Assembly (NCBI GenBank): GCA_001179505.1
Contig: CDMY01000098.1
Coordinates: 127,295-191,294 of the forward strand
DNA length: 64,000 bases
DNA from: Vitrella brassicaformis CCMP3155
Taxonomy: Eukaryota > Protista > Chromerida
Direction of reading: 5' to 3'
Shown: piece after piece, positions 1 to 10,506 of the stretch
Layout: each line of letters begins with the position of its first letter
Numbering within the stretch: position 1 is the stretch's first letter
Notes under the pieces: generated by a model
Database searches by the model: none
Told to the model about the DNA's origin: nothing
The model's input: only the letters and a program-made list of their open reading frames with translations
Made by a program: the position numbers and the translations under genes

Positions 1-253
1 GACGATCAGGTCGACATCGTGGATGATCTGCGTCCGCTCCTCGCCCTGGCGCGTCTTCTTGACGATCCAGTAGTTCAAGCCTACACCACACCATCAACGA
101 GCCATTGTGCTCTCCCCCGAGCCCGGGGAAAGCGGGGAGGCTCGTGCATATCCCGTGTGGCTTCCCAAGCCCACCCAGCACTCCGCTTACCCTTGGCACA
201 CACCTGTGTACACACACAGAAGCGCACACATAAAGCTGACCCTGGCACAGAGG
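1..253 (-). CDS. Partial spliced gene running off the left edge, product unknown
   Basis: GT-AG-bounded exons on the minus strand splice to ...CARVCAKGLNYWIVKKTRQGEERTQIIHDVDLIV. The start was not resolved. Confidence 0.3.
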
Positions 254-421
254 CTGTACACGGCTTACGGTAATGGGTTCATGCTTATGGAACACCATGG
301 TGACCACGGCACAACTGGGCTGACCAAACACAACCTACGGCGCTGGAATTGATGGGGAGGGGAGGGGAGATGTCGATCGTCGAGAGAATCCGGCCCCCAC
401 CCGCCCCCGTCTCTGCACGTT

Positions 422-3022
422 ATGGGCACTGCGTGGGGCTCTCCTGTGGTCCTGTACGAGTCCTCCTCCGTCATCGGCCGCTGCTATGCATTCAAAACGC
501 AGCACATCGTCGAGGGCGCCGACAAATTCCTCTCCACCTATCCCGGCGTATGGCGGCTATCGGGGGACCTCTTGCTGGAGCTGCTGGAGCTGTGCAGCGG
601 GGAAGAGCCCTTCTTTGCGAATGGAGGCGGGTCGCCGTCGTCCAGGAGGGGCTCGGGCGATGAAGGCGACCCTGTCGAGGAGCTCCTTGGGCTATTCTGC
701 GAGGCTCAGCATGGGCAGGGGCCTCACAAGACAGTGGATCTCTTCCAGGTGCTCATCACGTTGGCCCTGGTCTCGCAAGGAGAGTTCCACGAGAAGGTCT
801 ACTTCGCGTTCGGGCTGCTGGATTTTGACAAGCGCGGTGGGCTCACGAAGTCGGTCGTGTTCCTGCTGCTCATGACGGCACTCAAAGGGGCATACGCACT
901 CACCAAGATCGTCCCTCCCCATCTCTCACACGTGGAAGCCCTCGTCGAGTCTCACCACCCCCCACCTCCGGGAATGGCTGTGGCTGCCTCAGGCGACGAC
1001 GCTCGGTGGTCGGCCAACTATTTTCTCGGGTGTCTCAACAGAGTGCACGTTGTGCAGAGCTACTATGCGGTCCTGACAAGGCCACAGAGCACTCTCGAGG
1101 CGAAGAAACGGCTGGAGGCGCTGTGGCAGGACTTCCGCCGGTTCACTCGGCTGCTTGTGTACAAGAAGACGCGCAAGGATGGCAAGAGAGACAGAGACAG
1201 AGAGAAGGAGGGCAAGGGGGGAGGGGAGGGGGAGGCAGAGAGGAAGGGTGCAAAAGGGGACTCTCAGGCTGAGGACGAGATGATCAAGTTCACGATGGGC
1301 GACGTCAAGACTGTTCTCAAAGACGCCGGTGAGCCTTGACCGTTCCTGTTTTTCCCTCTGCATCATTTTTATCCATTTCAGGGTTGCCTTTGGTGAGCGT
1401 GGATCTGATAATGGATGCGCAGCTGTGTGCCATGGCTCTGTGTCGCGATGCGGCGATCCCATTCCTCAAGTGGGGGGACGACGGCAATGGCAACGGCAAC
1501 GGGGAGGGGGGAGAGGGCAATGGCAACGGGGCGGGTAGTGGCTTTCTGCCCGGCACACCCCTGGGGCTGCTGGTACGCTTGCAACTCCATAACGATTTCT
1601 TTCCTTGCACCGCATGTGTGCGTGTGTGGCTTTAGGGCATCATGTCTGACGATTTGCGGATCATCATGGCCTTTGTGGTCGCCTTTGCCGCGCTTGACCT
1701 GCACGCGACTGGCCTCGTGCACAGGGGTGAGCCTGCGTGCGTGTACATCAGCGTGTGCAGCATATATATCAAGGAGAATCGACATCGACATACTCTTTTT
1801 TCCGATTGTCAGGTCAGTTCCACTACCTGGCCGATTTCCTGACCGAGATTGACGCCGACCTGTTCGGCTACATCGAGAGTGTGGACGACCTGCGCATCAG
1901 CAAGTAGGTGACTGAGGGCAAATGAGAAGAATGACACAGAACACGAGAACAAAGAATGCATTGCCATTATTCACACAGACACCACAGCGCGCCTGCGGAC
2001 ATCAACATCATGTCGCGGTCGTCCACCCACACTCACACGGTGCCCACTGTCAGCCCGCAGCGGATGTCGATTGAGCTGACGTCGTCAGCGGGGGCGATTC
2101 CAGCGGGTGATGATGATCAGTGGGTGATTGAAGGAGAGGGCGAGGGAGAGGGGGAGGACGCTTCACCTTTATCAGCTGCTGATGGTGCTGGCGACGAAGG
2201 GAACGAGACGCAGAATATGGACGAGGTGAGCTAGAAAAGGGCAAAGATGTACATCATGATGTGTGTAGATCTCTCCCTCTCTCTCTTGTGCGTGTGTGTG
2301 CGTGCCGTGTTGTGTTGTGAAAGGGGGAGGGAGAGGAGGGGGATCTGGGTGCTTACATGGAGGACACCCGGGAGCATTTCATCCGCTTTGAGACATTTGT
2401 CCGGGAAGGGGCCGCGCGAGTCATCCTGGTGTGCAGAGGATCGTTACACACACAGAGAGAGGGAGAGGACATCTTCTGGCATGTCTGTCTGTCTGTCCGT
2501 CTGTCTAACCGGTTGCAGAGGAACCGGCAGCAGTATGAGCTGAAGCTGCGCAGCGCTTTTGAGAAGTACGACAGCGACGGCTCGGGGTTCATCGACAAGA
2601 CAGAATTCGCGGCGGTAAGCAAACCGATATAGCGATACGATCAATACACGCACACACTTTCCGGTGCACTGCAGGCCATTCAGGACATGATGTACTCGAT
2701 AATCATGCCAGGCGATTCACAGCAAAGAAGCCTCATCGGTCAGCCCATCCCAAACCCCAGCACGCCCCCCCTCCCCCACACACACCCCCGTGTGTGTGTC
2801 CAGATCAGATCGGCGAGTCGATAGCTGAGCAGCTGATGCGCGAGATGGACGAGTCGGGCGACGAGCAGATCGACTTCGCCGAGTTCAAGACCGCCATTGC
2901 CGTCATACACAAGAAGACCGTTGAGATCAAAAGGGCCATCAAGAATGCTTCGTCACTCGTATGTTCTTCACACAGAGACACACACAAACACACAGAGACA
3001 CAAGTGTGTTGAAATCTTCATG

Positions 3023-3066
<44 letters not shown>

Positions 3067-3293
3067 TCCTGTGGCTGCAGTACTCTGTGCGTGAGGTGCT
3101 GATGCAGCAGCAAGGCAGCAGCAGCAGCAACCACAACCACCATGAGCATCACGGCCACCACGGCGGACACCAAGGAGACGATGCCATTGCCACGGACTCT
3201 GTCACAAAGGGCCTGGTGCTGCCCGGCACCCACAATGCTCATCACGCCCACACACACCACCACCACCACCACCATGCGAAAAGGGGATCGTAA
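422..3293 (+). CDS. Multi-EF-hand Ca2+-binding protein (NCS/calcineurin-B-like N-terminal part, calmodulin-like C-terminal EF pair, His-rich tail)
   Basis: EF-hand loops: FAFGLLDFDKRGGLTKS, AFEKYDSDGSGFIDKTEF, LMREMDESGDEQIDFAEF, plus a degenerate AFAALDLHATGLVH. Multi-exon with canonical splice sites; ends HHHHHHHAKRGS*. Confidence 0.8.
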
Positions 3294-3862
3294 TGGACAC
3301 AATGGATGGATGGATGGATGGATGGATGGATGGGAGTCGGGGAGACAGTGGATTTGTCAATGAGGTGTGCCTTTGAAACAACAGACGCCGTTGTTGGTTG
3401 ATTGCAGGTTTGCATTGCATTTGTATGTGTCAACTATCTGGGTGTCCACACACACATAACATGAACACAAAGAAATCCACGCACGCCGGCTCCCGTACCG
3501 ACTACTGATATACAATAAATGGGAAAAGGGCTGGGCTGCACAATATTATGCATAGCATAGACACACACTTATCCCTGCAGAGCTACACTGGCTCGAGGGT
3601 CCACACCTCTGCATTCATGAAGCCACTTTCGCCGCCCAAGTCGTTTGTCGCGAAACTGCAGGAAGGCGTACACTCTCGAGCAACATCTGAGAGCAAAGAA
3701 TGACACAGGGGGCACGATATGCATCGGGCGGCTATCTCGCCGCGCCGGGTCCCTGCCGGCCGCACAGAGACAGATACAAACGCACACAGCGGCAGTGCAC
3801 AGGTTGGATGTGCGTGTGTGTGATTGTGATTCAATGTCTCCCGTGCGCGGCGGGATGCGCCG

Positions 3863-3894
3863 CGCCATGATGGCGTGAAACCGCCATCATGGCG
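3863..3894. other. Perfect 13-bp inverted repeat (hairpin) upstream of the 4019 gene
   Basis: cgccatgatggcg (3863-3875) + tgaaac + cgccatcatggcg (3882-3894), its exact reverse complement. Confidence 0.85.
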
Positions 3895-4018
3895 TCCGAC
3901 CCGTCCTGTTCCGCCGTGAAACCGCTCTCTCTGTCTGCCGGGAGGCTGACGAGGGAAGCCAACCAGCTCGCCGATATTTCTACACGGGCTGTCCCAGCGC
4001 TCGCAGCAAGGAAGCGCC

Positions 4019-4760
4019 ATGTTCAAACTGGGCTGCCGGAGGACGTCGCAGCTGCTTGGTGAAGGGTTCCCAGCCTCTCTTCGACCAAAGGTGAGAAAAG
4101 GCGCTCACTGGCTGCAGCATCATTGTCACGTAGTGCTGCGTGATTTCATTGTTCGTTTGTTATGTTGGGTGGCTCACGTGTCAGATGTACCGGTTCGGTC
4201 TGTCCCCACTCCTGCTCAGAACAGCACACTCCCTCGGCCACACGCCACCCACCCGCCACTGTCAACCACCGAGGAGCCGCCACCTACCTGCAGCCTCCTT
4301 CTCTGCCAGCGTCCACACCAGTGCTCAGCCTCATACTCGACGACAGCACTCTGACGGCAAGGCGGCCGATACTGAGATTCTGTCCATTCACGACGACCCC
4401 GGTGCTGAGCCATTCGACCATGAGCTGTCGCTGCCCGACGTCACCGAGGAGAACCTTGAAATCATTTCCAAGGGCAGGGATGGCGTCGAGTACCTGTCGG
4501 AAGCGCCCTCCAGCAAGCAGCCCAGCTACGCACCAAAGGGCCTCGTCCGTGGCACTTGCCGGCGCCTGTTCATCAACCTGGTGTGTGTTTTCCTTCAGGT
4601 GCTGGGGATGTGGGCCTTGGAGGACTTTGGGTGGTCGGCGCTCATCAACTGGAAAAAGAGCACGTTTGTACTGGCGCCCTACGATAGGCATACGGTGCCG
4701 TCAGAACACATGCCCCCACACACACAGGCAGCCGAGAGGACGGCCCGTTCTGCTGGCTGA
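4019..4760 (+). CDS. Hypothetical protein, probably mitochondrion-targeted, with one predicted TM helix
   Basis: Arg/Ser-rich, acid-free N-terminus (MFKLGCRRTSQ.../MYRFGLSPLLLRTAH...RRQHS) is followed by an acidic segment and hydrophobic RRLFINLVCVFLQVLGMWAL. There is an intron at ~4091-4184, and the start (4019 vs 4185) is uncertain. Confidence 0.5.
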
Positions 4761-6510
4761 CACACCGAGTCGGAATCGTGTGTGTGGTGTGCGGTGTGTG
4801 TGTGTGTGTGGGTGTGGTGGGTGTGCGCTGTGCATGGCTGGCATGGATCGATTTTACTGAATTGTGGCATTGCAATGCATGTGGCTTGTCTGGCGTGTCT
4901 CGCTCGTCTTGCATGCCTGCCGCTTTGACCAGTCGGACCAGTCCGGTCGAAGTGTGGATGGCTTGTACGTGCGTTGGTTGGTTGACTCACTCGTGGGCCG
5001 TTGGTTCTTGGTGCTTTATGTGCTTGTGGTGGATTCTTTTTCTCACTCACCTTGATTGATTGACACACAGCTGATCGACCGATGGATGCAACGCAATCCA
5101 GATATCTAGAGTTCCAACCAACACACTCCACCCCACTCACACTCCACCCAGGCACGCACTCCGCGGTTCCTTCCTGCTTGTGAATTGGCCATCCCATTTG
5201 CAGACAGATGCAGCTCAGCTCAGCACGGGGCCACAGGGGGGAGAGTTGTTCTCACAGACGCCGTTGTCAATTGTTGATTGCAGGTTTGCAATTGTTTCGC
5301 TGGTGTCTGTCTGCACACATACAAACGTACACGTGCTTACACACGGAGACACACACATACAGAACGTACGGCAGCCGGCCGGCTGCTCAATTGCCATGGA
5401 TCCCATGCCCTCCGTAAATGTGCAGAGAGGTGGTATGCAGACAGACAGACAGACCGGGCGAAAAATGCCTTGTTCGTGTCTGCGTCGCCTGATGACATGT
5501 CTGTCTCTATTGGCATGATGTGATGCTGACAGGCATAAATAATCGTCCGACATGATGTGCGCAGCGCCCCCCACTCCACTGATCGATCCACAATACAGTA
5601 CGTCCCGTCCGTGTGTTTGTGTGTGTGTCTGTCTGTCTGGAGGGACGGGAGGGATGGGCCAAAAAGCGGCCTCATTCATTCAGACCATCCTCCTCCCACC
5701 ACTCAGTCAGTCAGCCCACTCACGGGAGGCAGGCAGGCAGGCAGCAACCAGGAAGGGGACAAGCAAGGGCAAAATTCAAACACCAACACTGTCTGTCCGA
5801 TGGATCGATGGCGCAGTGAGTGAGCTGAGGGAACGAACCAACTGTCAGGGGGAGGGGAACAGAGAGAGAGAGAGAGAGAGGCGTCCACGTGTGCAGTGCA
5901 CACCACGTCAGTCACCATGCAGCACATCCATCCCATCAGCGTGTGTGTGTCTCTAAGGCACACACACACACAGACAGAGAGAGAGAGATAGGGGAGAGTG
6001 GACGCAGCACATCCAGGACACAGAGAGAGTGAGAGGGGAAAACCTCCCTCCCTGTTAGTATAGCAATCTTTACATGCAGCCAGCGGGGAGGGAGAAATAC
6101 GAAAACAAAGCGGGCGTGTGTGTCTGTGTGTCAGCTACCACCTCTACGTTATTGAGGATTAGCCACAACACACACACAGAAACACAACACACACACACCC
6201 CGAGAGAGAGAGAGAGAGAGCCATCAACGCAAACAACACAGAAACACAGAAACAAGCACGCAGGCAGGCAGGAGGGGGGAGAAGTGACCGAAAGCCTCCC
6301 CGCTATCCCTTTCCTTTAAGAATGACATAACCCCAATATATAAAGCTATGCCTCTTGGCACACCACACCCACTACGGCAGTCACTTAAGCCAGGTCTACT
6401 GGATGAATGGATGGATGGATGGAGGCACTCCTATCCTACTAAGTATTGCTTTCCTTCTACACGAGGCACATTCCCCACCCACAACACACAGACATACAGA
6501 ATGGCATCAC

Positions 6511-8260
6511 TCACGCCTCGTGTGTCTGCTTCCCCCCTCCGCTGCCATTATTCCCGCCACCCTGTGGCCCTCTCCGGTTGTTCCCCCCGCCCCCGCTCCT
6601 CTTCTTCCTCGATGCCGGCGGTGTTGACGGTGGTGGCTTCTTCTTGCCCCTGGCGGGGCCCCCGATGCCTTCTCGCTCGCCGCCGCCCTTGCTGGGGTCC
6701 ACCTCCAGCACATTGGACGACCGGATGCGCCGGCCGGTCTGTGTTGCAACACACACACACAGAGGGAGGGAGAGGGCGTGCAGTGAGTGCATTTGGTCAA
6801 AGGGTGTGTGGTGAGGGTGTTAAGATGGATGGTTACCTTGTCGACGGCCACGACCCTGAAGAACTGTTTCTTGTCTCCCACGACGGGCAGGTGGTGCTCA
6901 AACATGCTCTTTGGGTGCCTGTTCAGCAGCTCGGTGGGCGGGTGGGTCGGGCCGAAGTACACCTCCCACTCAGTCACCTACACACACACATCCACACCCA
7001 CACCCACAGACATCTCTCTCTCTCTCTCTCTGTGCGTGTGTGTGTGTGTGTGTGTCTCCGGTGTGGTGAAGGTAAGGTACGTTGGTTGCCCCATTCCAGG
7101 AGTAGTGTACGCTGCCCAGGGATCTGCCCGAGGGCGGCTTGTAAACCAGCTCAGGGCGTGTCCGCGGCTGCCCCCACCACTGCTGTCGGTAGCTGCGGTA
7201 GCTGCCGCCCCGGGAGAACTGAAGCTCACACACCTTCTCGCCCTTGTCCGTCACCTGCCATGCCAACACATATCGATTGCATAGCGCATCACATGCACAT
7301 GTGGCCGGCCATGTGTGTGTGTGGATGGATGGATGGTATGGTGGGTGGGTACCTCAGTGTAGAATGGCATAGGTGGGGAGCCGAGGCCGCCCCAGTCAAT
7401 GGCCCAGTTGCCATTGTCGAGCTTCTGCGCGTTGCCCGTCGCGAAGCCAAAGTAGTCGGGGTCGTGCCGGTACTCCCACACCTTCTTGGCAGTCAGCTTA
7501 TCCTGTACACACACACACACACAGAGACACTGCTCGCCTGTTTATTTGTTTGTGTGCATGGCTCTCTCTCTGCTGCTGTGGGCCTGTGGTTGTGAGTGCG
7601 TGTGTGTGTGCACCTCACCTGGTCAATTTCGTATTCGACGGCTCGCGAATATCTCGGCGAAAACTCGTTGCCATTGTCAAACATCGTGAGGCCTTTGCGG
7701 CCCGCACACAGAGATGTGTCGTGTGTTGTATGGGTGGGCGTGGGTGTGTTGGTTGGCTTACTTTTGTCTGATCTGAGCCGTACGTCGTGCTGGTGTGTGA
7801 ATCCCCGGTCTTTGTTGAGGTACTTGAACTGGTTCCAGGGCTCCTCGCTGCCGAACCGCCACAGCACCTCGCCGGTGTCACGCGACACCTGCCCATGCAC
7901 AACACAGATGCACACACACGGGAAACACTTGATGGCCACTCTNNNNNNNNNNNNNNNNNNNNNNNNNNNNNNNNNNNNNNNNNNNNNNNNNNNNNNNNNN
8001 NNNNNNNNNNNNNNNNNNNNNNNNNNNNNNNNNNNNNNNNNNNNNNNNNNNNNNNNNNNNNNNNNNNNNNNNNNNNNNNNNNNNNNNNNNNNNNNNNNNN
8101 NNNNNNNNNNNNNNNNNNNNNNNNNNNNNNNNNNNNNNNNNNNNNNNNNNNNNNNNNNNNNNNNNNNNNNNNNNNNNNNNNNNNNNNNNNNNNNNNNNNN
8201 NNNNNNNNNNNNNNNNNNNNNNNNNNNNNNNNNNNNNNNNNNCCCCCCCCCCCCCCTCCC

Positions 8261-8300
<40 letters not shown>

Positions 8301-10219
8301 GCGTATGTGACTTTACTTTGAGGGCGCCGATGTGTCTGAATGAGAAGATGAGATGTCCGTCGGGCGTCCAGTCGATTGAGTTGACGTGGCCGATGTCCCA
8401 GAGGCTCATGCCTTCACGGTACTGCATCTTGGTGTAGTTGAACACACCAGGGATCCGGTCCCACACACGGAACTCGAACAGCTGACCGACAAGGAATGAA
8501 CGACACGGCACACGACACGGTTGTGTGGGTCTACTTCTCTCCCTCTCTATGGGGTTGTTTGCTGTGAATGCATTGGCTGGCCTACCACGTTGCCCTGTGT
8601 GTCGATCTCCTGCACTACGGGCCCCACCACGGTGACCTCCCCCCTGGTGGGCCCCGACCGCACGACCTTCTGCACCTCCCTGGAGGCAAAATTGACCTTC
8701 CTGCGGTCGTACACCATCACCAAAGCCCTCCCGTCGTCCCGCACTTGCAGCCCGTGGAAGTCCGCAAACCCGCCGTGCTTGGCCGTGTGCACCTTGACCT
8801 CCTCGTACTCGTGATCGAGCTCCACATAGCCACCACGGCCGGCGGCCCGGTACGTCAGGTGGCCGTTCCTTTGCACCTGACGAGAACAACACGAGAAATG
8901 CCGATAGTTCGGATGTGGGAAGTGCGGGAGTGTGTGAGTCGATCAGTCAAGCCAGCCGAGGATACCTTGAACTCGGCGATGTCTGCTCGGCCGGCGGGGG
9001 GCGGCATGAAGAAGACGGGCTCGCCATTCTCGTCAAGAATGAGAAAGTACATTCCCGACCCGAAGCCGCTGTTGGCCGCGAAGATGTAGCCGTCGGCGGT
9101 CTTGCCGGGCTGCGTCTTGACTATCTGCTGGATCTCGGGCACGGTGGCGTCCATCGTCTGATACCGCCGTGGGTCCATCACGCGATGCGGGCGGGATGCC
9201 TCGGCCATGGCCGTGCCGTTCTTGTTGTTCTGCTGCCGCTGCTCTCGCATAATGGCGTCTCTCTCCTTCATGAGCAGCTCGAAGGCCAGCTGGGAGCCGT
9301 CCTTGTGGGCGTGTGGGTCGTCCTCACCACTGCCGTTGCCGTTGCCGCCCTGACGGCTGGCGGACCGCCGGCGGCTAGTGCGGGAGTAGGGGGTGGTGTC
9401 CTTGGCGATGTTGAAGGACCACTCGAAGGCGGGGAGGGTCTCCCTTGCCGCTTCTTTCCCATTCCCACTTCCGCCCGCCTTGATGCCCCCCTCGATGGCC
9501 ACGGTGATTTTCTCACCATACTCGAGCGGGGGGCTCTTCTCCTGCTCCTTGCGGGCCTGAGGGAAGATTTCCACGCCCTCGGTCACAATCTCGTACCCCA
9601 TGGTGTGCGCCGGGTGGAAGACGAGCGTGCAATGGTCGTCGCCGAGCTTGAGAGTGCCCTCGTGGCGGCCCGACTGCTCGCCTCTTATGGTCACCTTGCC
9701 CTCAGCCGTTGAAAGGTCCACTGGGCAGGTCTTGGGCTTGATGGCGACGGTCGTCATGTCTGAGACGAAGATGGCGCCGGGCATTGGGTTGAGGTACTGG
9801 TAGGGCCCGTAGAGCTTAGTCATGTCGCGGCCCTCCGCGCGGGCGGCGAGCTCGTCGAAAAAAGACCGCTTCAGCTCCTCCTCGCTCAACTCGGTGTCGT
9901 CATCATCTTCGATGAGCGGTGCCTGGGTCGCCCCCGCCTCCTCAATGACATCATCCTCGATGAAGAGTGGCGCGTCGGTCACGCCCTCCTCGTCGTCAGC
10001 CAAGGGCGCCTCGGTGGCTGCTGCCGCCCTGCTCTCCTCTTCCTGCCGTCTGATCTGCTGTTTCAGCCTCTCGACTTGCTTGCGCAGGTCGGCGAGTGCC
10101 TCCTCGAGATCGCTGCCGGCTGCGTCAAGGAAGCGAGGTGACGCGGAGAATGCCGTCGACGATGCGCCGAGGCAGCAGCAGCAGCAGAGCAGAGGGACGA
10201 GCAAGGACAGGCTCCTCAT
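6511..10219 (-). CDS. Secreted arylsulfotransferase (ASST) family beta-propeller protein with N-terminal coiled coil, acidic region and Ig-like domain
   Basis: Signal peptide MRSLSLLVPLLCCCCCLG. ASST-type motifs: DFHGLQ, GHVNSIDWTPDGHLIFSFRH, VSRDTGEVLWRFG, FTHQHDVR, LTMFDNG, SRAVEYEID, KKVWEY, GNAQKLDNGNWAIDWG, SWNGAT. The gene spans an N gap that lies within an intron. Confidence 0.85.
7943..8241. other. Assembly gap (299 N)
   Basis: Run of N followed by a poly-C tract. Confidence 0.99.
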
Positions 10220-10506
10220 CTTTTTGGAAGGAGCTCTCAATTAATTAATTGGTAGGCCCATCTCGATGGGCACCCTCTCCTTAATTCAACATCGTCATCG
10301 TCTTCTCATCTCGCGGGCCCTTTCTGTGCCGCTGTACGCTGCAAGCTTTTTCTAACGGCCGACATGGTTGCGGTTGCCAAGGCGCCTGAAAAAAGGCAAA
10401 TCTGACGCATCTGTGCGTCCCTTTCCCGCTCCTTGTTCAAAGGCGCCCGACACACTTCCACGGAGAGCGGTCGCGGCCAGCGAGACGGCCAGTGAAACAA
10501 TCCGAG

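Noticed and set aside
1-90. YWIVKK resembles the papain YWIVKNSWG motif
   Set aside because: The catalytic NSW is absent and the gene is truncated by the window edge.
5000-6500. 1.5-kb stretch that might hide an ncRNA or gene
   Set aside because: It consists mostly of SSRs with no consistent ORF, tRNA cloverleaf or stable structure, and is likely two convergent 3' regions.
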